From: Ministeria vibrans ATCC 50519
Taxonomy: Eukaryota > Protista > Filasterea
Length of the DNA stretch: 36,560 nt
Assembly: GCA_943704425.1 (NCBI GenBank)
Contig: CALSCP010000942.1
Span: forward strand, 1 to 36,560
Direction of reading: 5' to 3'
The notes beneath the pieces were generated by a model. It was not told the origin of the DNA, made no database searches, and worked only from the letters and a program-made list of their open reading frames with translations. Of this stretch, positions 23,470-33,831 are shown in pieces (within the stretch, counting starts at the first letter, position 1; the number at the start of each line of letters is the position of its first letter). The position numbers were made by a program, and so were the translations under genes.

Positions 23470-26400
23470 ATGAAACCTCGTCCTAGCGAAGAGGCTGATC
23501 GAGGTCGAGACTTTCTCGCCGAGGAGGAAGAAGCCTTTGAAGAGGCTTACGGTACGCGTTTCAGACTCGCACACTCATTCTCGCTCTCATTCTCGCCCTC
23601 TCGCGCTCTCTAACCTGCTCTTTGTTACATTCCACCCCCACTACACGTGTACACACATGTGTGCACACACGCATTCCCTCACCTCTATCGTATTGTGCCA
23701 CTTTTTCGCCTTTTTCGCTCACTCCTCCATCTCCGTCTCTCTCCCTCTCTCTCTGTAGGCTATGTAAGTGACTTTCCCAGCGACGCTTTCCTCTCACTCG
23801 ACGCACATTGACAATCGTCGTACATGACGTGCTGTGTTTTGTCGACTGGGGACCGTGTGTTGTCCCGAGAGAGTGAAAAAGAAAAACGTGTTTCAAGTTC
23901 TCATCTTGCTCTGTTCTCTCTCGCACACCACAGCCAAGTGTTGAGGCGTTTCACGCTGCCGTCCGCACCAGTGGCTTTGCAACGGCGAGTGTCTGCATTG
24001 CCTGCGGCGAATTGCCGCAGCCCAACGAGGTAAAGCATCCGGAGGACATGTTTTATATATTTTATGTATTTTTGGTCTTACTGCGTCGTGGTTATGTGCT
24101 GCAGGTGACCAATGCACTGACGGTCTCTCCTGAGCTGCTCATTGGAACATCGCTAGAGTTGGACGAGGACTCGGCTGCTCTCGAAGACACCGATCCCTAC
24201 CCACCCGTCAGCAAGAAAAACGACAACTAACCCCCTGACTGACCGACTGACCGTTATCCATCTTCGCGACCGTTCTTCCTTAGGTTTCACTCTTTGTGTG
24301 TCTGAAATGCCGCAAGCTCATTGAAGAAGACGACTCCGGCGCACTGAGTGTTCTGGCGGCGCGTGATCTGCTTGCTCAGCTCCCGCGTGCCATGGCCGGG
24401 ATGCGCGAAGGGATCGTCATTGAGGAGATCATCGAAGGAGAGGCAAACGATCCGTTGCGGCAGCTCGATGCCAAGCGAGACCCTGTCTTGTACGACTTTG
24501 AAGACGTAGATGATGATGATGATGATGATGATGATGACGACGACGACGACGACGATGACGATGACGACGACGACGAAGAAGAAGACGACGACGACGATGA
24601 TGAGAACTACGACGACGAAGACATGATTGACGACGACGGGCTGTCTGACTCGGACTCGGACGCCGAGTACGTCGACGCGCACACGCACAGTATTGCCAGC
24701 AACAGCATCCACCATCACCATCACCACCACCACAGCAACAACAGCGCGACGGCCACTGCCACTGCGGCGGTCATGGCCGGTGTCGCTGCGGGTGCACGCG
24801 AGTTCCGTCTCCGCCAAGAATCCTCTCGTCGCCCGACACCTGCCGGAACCACCGCAAAACAACAACACACCACACCAACGGAGCACGACCACCACCACCA
24901 CCACCACCACCACCACCAACAGCAGCAGCAGCAGCAGCAGCAGCCGTATGAGACCCTTCAAGATGCCTGGCAGCAGCTCAGGCGCTCTCTGCGTCTCTTC
25001 TACCGTGATCCCAGGCTCACTGCGCCCCTCAGAACCCCCAAAACAATTGCTCTTCTCCGCTCCGTTACCAAAAAGTACATTTTATTTGATGGCATATCTT
25101 GTGGGTTGATTCCGTTTTATATTTTATAAATTTAGGTTACTTGTGCGCGACGCAGACCAATTGTTCCGACGATTGGAACGCGAAGGTCGCGAGTACATGG
25201 ACGAAAAGCGATCTCAACTCGTTGATCAGGTCTCATATTGTGTGTGTTTCTTTGTTTTCTGTGACTATTTTGACTCACTCTTTTCTCTCTCGGTCTCTCT
25301 TTCAATTTGGGTGCACAGTTGGCGTCTACAAGTGCGTCGCCTAATCGCGCAATGTTGTTTATGGATCAGCTGATGGTTCTTTTTGAATCAGTCAAAGAAG
25401 GTGACAGAATTGATTGTTTGTCACTTTATTTCTCTATCACTTTTTTTTCTTCTCTCTTTACTTTATTACTTTATTTCTCTCTCTGTATACTTTTATTCTC
25501 TCTCTCTTTCTCTCTCTCTCTTACTCTTTCTCTTACTTTCTCTCTTTTTTGTAGTCGCGACACTGTTTCAACCGGTTTTGATCGACTTCGAGAATGAGTA
25601 TCTCTCGACGCTTAAACTGACGTGGATTGAGCTGCAGGAGAATCTCTTTGTCGAAACCATCTTCTCAGACTCTGTTCTTCACGTAAAAACCTTGAACGCA
25701 AAGCAATATTTTCTGTGGGAGTTGAATCTTTCACTTTTATTTTCTTCTTCAATGGTTCTTTGACTCGCCACTTTTTCTTGTGTGTGTGTGTGTGTGTGTG
25801 TGTGTTTTTTTCTTTTTTTTTTTTTTTTTTTTGCGTGTCTGTGTGTGTTTCTTACATTTTGCGAATTTTTTCTCCCTGGTGTCACAGTCTAATCTGCCGG
25901 ATCTCAAAGCGGAACTTCGCGCGCACGCTGAGTTGTCGGCGGTGAATGGGCGCGATGCCATCGAGCGCGAACTCAATCTGCTTCGCAAGTACACTCAGTT
26001 TCAACAGGAAATGGCTGACGTGCTCGGAAGGTCCGTCCTCTCTTTCTTCTCCCCTCTTTTATCACTTTGTTTCTTTCTCCCTCTTTTCTTTCTCTCTCGC
26101 CCTTCTTGGCAAACTTTGGCGCGTGCGCTCTCTCTCTCTCCTCCCTCTGTATTCTCCTACATCTCACTCGTTCTTTTCTCCAGATGTGCTCGTACAACTC
26201 GTTTGTTGGAGCGCCAAGAGTACACCAGAGCTCACAAGACCATGCTCTTTGAGGAGTGGGAGCGAATTCTCGTATGTCACAATCTTTGAAGTCCAGTGTT
26301 TAATTGTATGTTGTGTGCAGATGTTGCGTGGACGACAGGACAAGATCAAAGAAGATGCAAAGAGACGGAAAGAACAGGCAGCCACCGCCACCACGACTTC

Positions 26401-28334
26401 TACAACGACAGAAGCGGGCACAAACAGGGCCACTCAGTTCCTTCCCTCCTCAACGACATCATCCCCTTCTACTACTTCTACGGCTGCCACTACGATTCCT
26501 GCGACGTCCACGACGCTTCCTCCGCAGATGCTCGATGAGTGGGACTCGCTCAATCTCGAGGAGAAGGATGCGCTTTTGCGTGCCGAGTGGGAGAAGCTCC
26601 AGCGAAAGTATCGCGTCAAAACACACTCGGGTGACCTGGAAAAGTTCTCTTGGTCCGATCCCTTCCAACGGCTCATCCACGTAACCATTTTTTCGTTACA
26701 TACCGCTTGATTATCATTAATTTTGTTTTTGTGCATATAGGGTGTGGATTTGCCTGCGTGTCCTTGTGAAAAGTGCAGCGAACTCTCTGCCGAGGGTCTT
26801 GGTGTGACTGCGGGCGCTCACGCCGAGTTGTCCAGTCTGGTGCGCGAGAGACTCATTGCAACGGGAATTGCAGATGCCATGCCGCTCGCCAGCGACATGT
26901 GCATGGATGTGCCTCCGTGCGACTGTGAAGATTGTCTTCCCGGGCGCTACCCGCATGCCTCGGCGACGCCCCTTGACGGCTACGATGCAGAGCCAGACGC
27001 TGCAACCGCCACCATCGGCAGCACAACTACGACCAACACCGCGGCTGTTGTTGGGTCCACATCTGCTTTTGCATCCGATAGTGCTTCAGTGCCGAGCTAC
27101 GATCCGTCGTGTCCACTCTGCGAACCTTCAAGTGACGGTGCGACAGCTGCAGCTCATGGCGGGTCAACGACACTTGCTAATTCGCATTTGTATTCCCGGG
27201 CTGCACCTCATACGCACGACCATGGCAAACACTCGAGATCGCTGACGCCGAAGCAGCGACTGCAACACAATCAACTTCACTTGGCACAACAGAAGCAAAT
27301 TCTCGAGCAACAACACGAGGTTTTGAAACAGAAACAGCAACAGCTGCAGGAGCAACAGCAGAAGCAACAGCAGCTGCTGCAGCAACAGCACATGCAGCAG
27401 CAATACCATCATCCCGCTGACCCTAACGCTGCCGAGTCTGCGTTTGATCGCCTTCCACCGGGTGGTGGCGCGAGGGGAGGGACCGGTGGTGGTGGTGGTG
27501 GGCAGTTACCGCCCCATGGGAGCTCTGGAGGAGGTGGTGGAGGCAACAAAAGTGCACCGCCGCCGTTGAGCACACCACTGAACCGCAAGCTGACGGCACG
27601 CGATCGACTGCGACTCAAGTTCAACCAGAAGCAGCAGGAGAAGGACACCGGTGTGGGTGGCGAGTGGGGAAACGAGGAGGGCACAGGCGAGGGAAAGGAA
27701 GTGACGGGCGATGCGAGTCTGGAGGACCTGGTGTCGTTCATTGAGGGTGGCAAGAAGTCGGAAGGCGTGGCGCAGACCAAGGCGGCTAAGAAAGCACGGC
27801 AGAAGCAGCGCAAGGCGGAGGAGAAGGCACGTCGTGAGGAGGAGGAGCGGGAACGCGCGGCGGAGCGGGAGGCGGTTGCGGCGCGAGAGCGGGAGGCACG
27901 CGAGAAGGAGCTTGTACGACAGCAAGAAGAGGCACTTGAGCGGGACCGGAAGGAGAAGGAGAAGGAAAAGGAAAAGAGCAGTAAGAAGGGTAAGAAGAAC
28001 AAGGGGAAGCAGCAGGAGAAGAAGGAGGTCAAGGGGGTGACGGGCAGCAACAAGGTGGTAGATGAGAAGAGCGGCAGTGCACGAAAGGAGGAGGAGAAGA
28101 AGCAGCAAGGGAGGAAGGAAGTTGAAGCGAGCGATGCTGTAGCAAAGAATGGAGATGAGAGAGAACGACGCGATGGCGGAGCGGAAGCAGAAGAAGAGGA
28201 AGACGAAGGCGACTTTGATTTTGATGACGATGATGAGTTGGAGGAGTTTAAGCGCTTTTGCTTTCGCGATGAGTCCGTTTCGGTGGGAGAGCGCAAGAAG
28301 GTGCTCATTGATGTATCGCGTTTTACCCTCAAAG

Positions 28335-28342
<8 letters not shown>
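23470..28342 (+). CDS. FAM193: FAM193-family protein, multi-exon, low-complexity
   Basis: C-terminus DDDDELEEFKRFCFRDESVSVGERKKVLIDVSRFTLKAK* matches the FAM193 C-terminal motif (EVEYFKRFCLDS...rq.l..nw.nF.LKK, recalled). Also LFVCLKCRKLIEEDD, DASLEDLVSFIEG, KAAKKARQKQRK, CPCEKC and CDCEDC. Exon boundaries are partly inferred. Confidence 0.85.
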
Positions 28343-28635
<293 letters not shown>

Positions 28636-28639
28636 TCAC

Positions 28640-29214
28640 TCTGGAGAGCACTTCAAGCGTTTCCGTCGACAAAGGCAACAATTCCATCTTGGCAAGCCAG
28701 ACAAGGTTGTCGGCAAGAAAGTACACCGAGTGCACGGCAAGCTTGAGCTTGAGTAGCGCAGTCACAAGCGGCGAGCGTCCTCTTACAGTCAGCATTGCCT
28801 AGACAGACAGAACAGACAATCAAGAGAAAATGAGTGTCCCGCTTGCTCTGAATCGCACTGCAACGCTTACATCGTAGACGTCAACGAAGCGCAGGAGACG
28901 CCAGACCTTGCGTGAGTCGGACATGGAGCGCTCCAATCGAAAGAGAACGGCGCAAAGGCGTTCGATGCCCAGAGTCTCACGCTGGCCGCCTCGATAGGGC
29001 GTTTTCGAACCCGTGTCGGCCTTGTGGTGTATCCCATTGTCGCGTAGAGCCCACCGAGACAGCATAGCCTGCAGATCAAGCAGGTAAGAAGGGCGAGAGG
29101 GACCAGTTGAATTCCAACCGCGTATTGGATCAGTCGGAATAGCTTGTCTCGCCCCGCCGCGCGATCCAAATACCCTAACAACACGGGATTGACTCTCAAA
29201 TCTTCCACACGCAT
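28640..29214 (-). CDS. PEX11: Peroxisomal biogenesis factor 11, exons 1-3
   Basis: LLGYLDRAAGRDKLFRLIQYA, RLERSMSDSRKVWRLLRF and VYFLADNLVWLAKMELL are characteristic PEX11 motifs. The third exon ends at VLSR|gtgagt. Confidence 0.9.
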
Positions 29215-29604
29215 GATGCAATAAAAAAGTGAATTTAAATTTTAAATTATTATCAATCACAAACGAAAAGTGACAGCACAAACAGCTCAGAACCACTTTC
29301 TTTTTAAGCTATAGAACTTAGGACTCAGTTAGGTCTGTTAGGACGATCACTGGCTGACTGGCTCAGACAGGTTGGCTGAGGGCTAGACGACTGAGAGGAG
29401 CAAACAATTTGAATATTTTAGTGAATAAAGAAAGTTGTGTGTGTGTTCACTCTGTGAAAGTGGCACAACCGAGCGTGTACAAAATATTGGATCTATTTTT
29501 GAGTCTACCGGACGCTTAGGCCTTAGCGCCTGCCCAATTCTTTTATTTCCTGTAGTGGGATTCTTCACTTCTCTGGACTACCTGGTGCAGCACGCACGGG
29601 CGGC

Positions 29605-30941
29605 ATGGTGGACAGCCTGGGAAGTCGCGTTCCGTTTGGGTTTCAAGGGTATATGCTTCCGGGACCGCAGCAGATGGAAATGAGCGAGCTAGCGGCCTTC
29701 CAACGACGCCCCAGCTATGTGGCAAGCAACTATCAGTCACCGCAGTGGAGCCAGGGCACCGAGAACTTCGCTGTCGCTCCACATTCGAACTTTCGCAATG
29801 GGAAACGATCGTCGCTCCGAAACGTCCACTCACCGCCGCCTTTCGACGAAGACGACCGCCAAGACGAGTCTGGCATCATGGCTGGTGGCGGTGCGTTTCG
29901 TGGACAGCGCAGGACGTCGCTGCACTCGTCGACCGCCACAGCGCTCGGATCAACGGCAATGCTCGCACGCCCTCCTATTGGTCCAAACGGCCGACGCGCA
30001 TCTATCCCTCTGCCGGGCTCCTCGTCACGTCGTGCCTCGCTGCCATCGTCGGAGCCGCTTCTTTTTGACAGGGGTATCGACGGAACGTCCCTGAGACCGT
30101 CCGCTCTGCGTCTCAGCGAGACGAGCCTCGCCTCACTTGGCGGCGACGAAGACACGGTCGAACTCCTGCGTCGTCCCATGCACGAGCGAAATATGGAGCA
30201 GCATGTTCGTTTGCCGCCCGTTCCATACGACGGACTTGGCGTCAAAGTTGCCATAGTCAACTCTCTTCTCTTTCTCGTCCTTTTGGCCGCCTTTGGCCTG
30301 CTCAGTTACGATTGTGTTCCCCCTCGATATCCACAACACTCACCCTCCTCTTCCCCATAGGTTTTGGCATTTACATGCTGGGTGGCGTTGCAACAGATGT
30401 TTTTTATTCCTCCTCAGCAGCCGCTCAAACCATCAAATTTGGTCGCTACGGTTTGTACGAACTGAACACACCCAATTCATCAATTGCACTTACAATAACA
30501 TTATTGTATAGCATTGTACTTGCTGCATTTGGAGTGCTCGTGGCGGCACTCACATTAATATGCAATCGGCACCGGCGGCATGCGCTGGTGCGGCAGTCGC
30601 TGTGCCTGTGGCTGCCGCTGTCACTCACTGTCATGGCCATTGTGTTCCTCTGCGCTGCTATCCTCACCCCCATCATCATCAAGACTAGCCTGCACCAACA
30701 GGTTACAGGGTGTTCCCCTGGTCAGACTCCCACGGCGCCCCAGTCGCTCCCTAAGGGCTGCTCCTCCGCCTGTCTACGTGTTCTTTCTACTACCGCATCT
30801 GTCTCCGCCTTCTGCTCCTCCGTCTCCCTCTACTCACTCTTTGTTCAAGTTGGTGCATACGTGTGCGCCGCTGCCCTCCTTGCCCTTGCCTTCTTGTCCG
30901 TACTGGGCTACTGCAATGGCAGACAGCACTGGGGCAAGTGA
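29605..30941 (+). CDS. Four-TM membrane protein (tetraspanin-like topology) with a long disordered N-terminus
   Basis: Exons 29605-30304 and 30361-30941 join in frame (LL-S-FGIYML). Four hydrophobic segments; a Cys-containing loop between TM3 and TM4; no CCG motif. Confidence 0.6.
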
Positions 30942-30984
30942 ATTTTAATCATTGAAAATACTCATGTATACTACATTATCAACT

Positions 30985-33170
30985 TCACTCGTCAAACTCA
31001 CTGCAAAACGAAGTGTGTCGCCGCTCGAGCAGCGCAATGCGGTCGTTGAGGCGCTGGTGTTCTTCCAAGAGGCGTTGCATGACACGATGATCGGGGGACA
31101 ACCACCCACTCAGTGCAGGACTGCCCGTTCCAATGGCTGTGCTGTTGACGGAGCGACCGCGACTGTGCAGCCGGAGACGCCTCAAGGGCGTCAACACTGA
31201 CGCCTGGCTGTTGTTGTTGTTGTTGTTGTCGTTGCTGTTGTTGTTGCTGTTGCTGCTGCCGTTCCCATGCTGATGTTGCTCTCGCGGCGGTTGATGTAAA
31301 GCGTGCTTCCTTGATACTGATCCAGGTGACTGTGATACCGACTCCATTAATGAGAGTAGCTCAGGCGACAATGGCAATATCTTGAGCCCGCCCTCTTCCC
31401 TTACACTCTCGTCCATTCCCCCCTCAACTTCAACTTCGGTGTCTTCTTTTTCTTCTTCTTCTTCTCTTTCTTCTTCTTCTTCTTCTTCTTCTTCTTCTTC
31501 TTCTTTTTCTTCTTCTTTCTCTTTGTCTACACCGCCCTTTCCTCCTCCGGCGTGGTCCCAACGGTTCTGTTTTTCCGCCAAATCACCGCGCAACAACTCC
31601 CGACGGCTCTCTCTTCCATTCCACTGGCCATTCTCGCATCCCTCGCCACTTTCATCGTCATCTTCAATCAGGCTCAGTGTTAGTTGCTCACGCTCCCCCA
31701 CCGCAGCCAAAAGCTGAGACACCGGTGAGTGTGTGGCTCGATAGTACTTTTCCATCATGACTGATGCGCTGCAACAACAACAAAATCAATGCAATGCAGA
31801 GGACGCCATAAAAATGACATTATTAGAAAAGAGTCTATGTAACACATATTACACACTGTAATGCAGTCCTGTGCATGAAATCAGTAAATTGCATGTGACA
31901 GCGCAAATTTGTAGACTCCAACATTTCAAAAAATTCAAAAAAAAAAAAGAGACAAAAGTGAGTTAAGTACCTGCCAGTACAGTGCGCTGATGCCGGGACG
32001 CGACGCAGCGGCGTCAACATGCTTGATTCGTATTGTTCGTTCCACGGAGAGTGGCTCTCACTCGTCGACAGGCGTCTCTTTGAGGTACTCTACTTAAGAC
32101 ACTCCAATTCAGAACTTCATCACCTTTCCTCCCTTTACTCTACTTCAATGCGATCAAGCGCCGATGCTATCCGGCCCATATGAAATGCAGCCGTAGTTTT
32201 CCAATCATTTGGTAGCCTAGACATAGGATATGATAATAATGATAAATAAATTCAAATGATTGCAGATTGATCAGTTACATGATTGAAGTCGTAGAAGTAT
32301 TGTACTGATCTGCAATCGATATTTCTGCTTCACATTTGTCGTTCTGCCATAACTCATACTGCTCTACTGAGAGCTTGTGCAGTTTCCACACACTGGACAC
32401 CTCTATGAGGCTGTGTGCTTCCGATCTTCCCAGGGGCCCATGTGGTCACAAGAACAATCCTGCTCTGCCAGTTTGACTTGTCTCACCGCCACACTCAGCC
32501 AACCTGGAAACCTCGCCTTTACGAAGCAAACCCATACGCTAGAGCATCATTTATTGACTCTTGATCGGTTTCATCACTCAACTCATTGCTCTCAAATTCT
32601 CAATGGAGTCTCAATGAAACTTCTTCTCGTCGATCTTTTATGTCGCAATAAATAATCCCAAGCTCAAAATTGAAAAATCAGTTTTTCTTTCAATCCTTTA
32701 GTGAAAAACTCCTTGTACCCCTTCCATTGGGTAAGATACCACTCACACCTGCATCTTCTTCAATTCTCCACGCGTGGATTGAAACCATTCTCAGCAAAAA
32801 AAAAAAAAAAGCTGCGGTTTNNNNNNNNNNNNNNNNNNNNNNNNNNNNNNNNNNNNNNNNNNNNNNNNNNNNNNNNNNNNNNNNNNNNNNNNNNNNNNNN
32901 NNNNNNNNNNNNNNNNNNNNNNNNNNNNNNNNNCGGCTTTTTTTTTTTTTTTTCGATTCCAAAACCGCATTTACGTGATCGACACGATCAAACAAGCGCA
33001 GAGCTCGTCCTCCCTTCAGTTTTGGGCACAGCATAGTAGTACACAAGCCCACTGTACTCTGGTCACAAAAGACAACAAGCCCACACTGCGCCGTTCTTGG
33101 AATGAGCCACGTCCCCATTTGTTCCTGAAGACTTTGCGGGAAAGAAAAATGTTCGAATACTGTCCCACAT
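30985..33170 (-). CDS. Multi-exon protein of unknown function (acidic tract, C-terminal coiled coil), interrupted by an assembly gap
   Basis: Phase-consistent splicing: ..WFQSTRGELKKMQ|RMGLLRKGEVSRLAECG|EVSSVWKLHKLSVEQYELWQ..SIM|LPNDWKTT..RIE|STSKRRL..CTG|SASVMMEKYY...QRLLEEHQRLNDRIALLERR..DE*. The 5' exons (MWDSIRTFFFP..) are less certain. Confidence 0.55.
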
Positions 33171-33467
33171 GCTCTTGTCGTCAGCGCTTCTTGCAAACCC
33201 CATCCATAGTCTTGCTTGCACCCATTGTCAACACAATAATCTGTAACAAGACACCGCTCTAGCCACCCTTCATCCCGCTTTCGCCACCGCAACGTACCGT
33301 CTGCGTTCCGTCTGCGACGGGTGTTTTTTTTTTTTTTCTCTGCGCCCACAACTCTCCTTCTGCTCCTTCTGCAACGGCACACTCTCACTATCCTTCAGCC
33401 ACGGCACACTCACACTCGCCCTTCTCCTCTCTCTTTCTTCCTCTATCTCTTTCTCTTCTCAGAAAGA

Positions 33468-33765
33468 ATGGTTAGCGGTTCTAGTACACGCAAAGTTATT
33501 GTTCTCCTTGTGGCAGTCGCCGCCCTCTTCAGTGTTGTGGCAGCGACCGCCCAAGGCACCAGCACACAGGATAACTCTGTTTCAAAGCACTCCATCAACG
33601 ACGATGTGTCCGATCTCGAGGACGTGTCGGTCGCTCGCCCTGAAAAGCGTGGCGCTGACCAGTCTTTCGATATCGACGACTCCGTCACCGGTCTGCAGGC
33701 GCTTCTCGACGAAGCTGCTCTCTCCGGTGAATCCACTGACGGCGCCGACATTGTAAAGCGTTGGG

Positions 33766-33831
<66 letters not shown>

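Noticed and set aside
32340-33260. Possible degenerate retrotransposon gag with many stops
   Set aside because: The stops fall in introns; a phase-consistent GT-AG model links these segments to the 30985 terminal exon.
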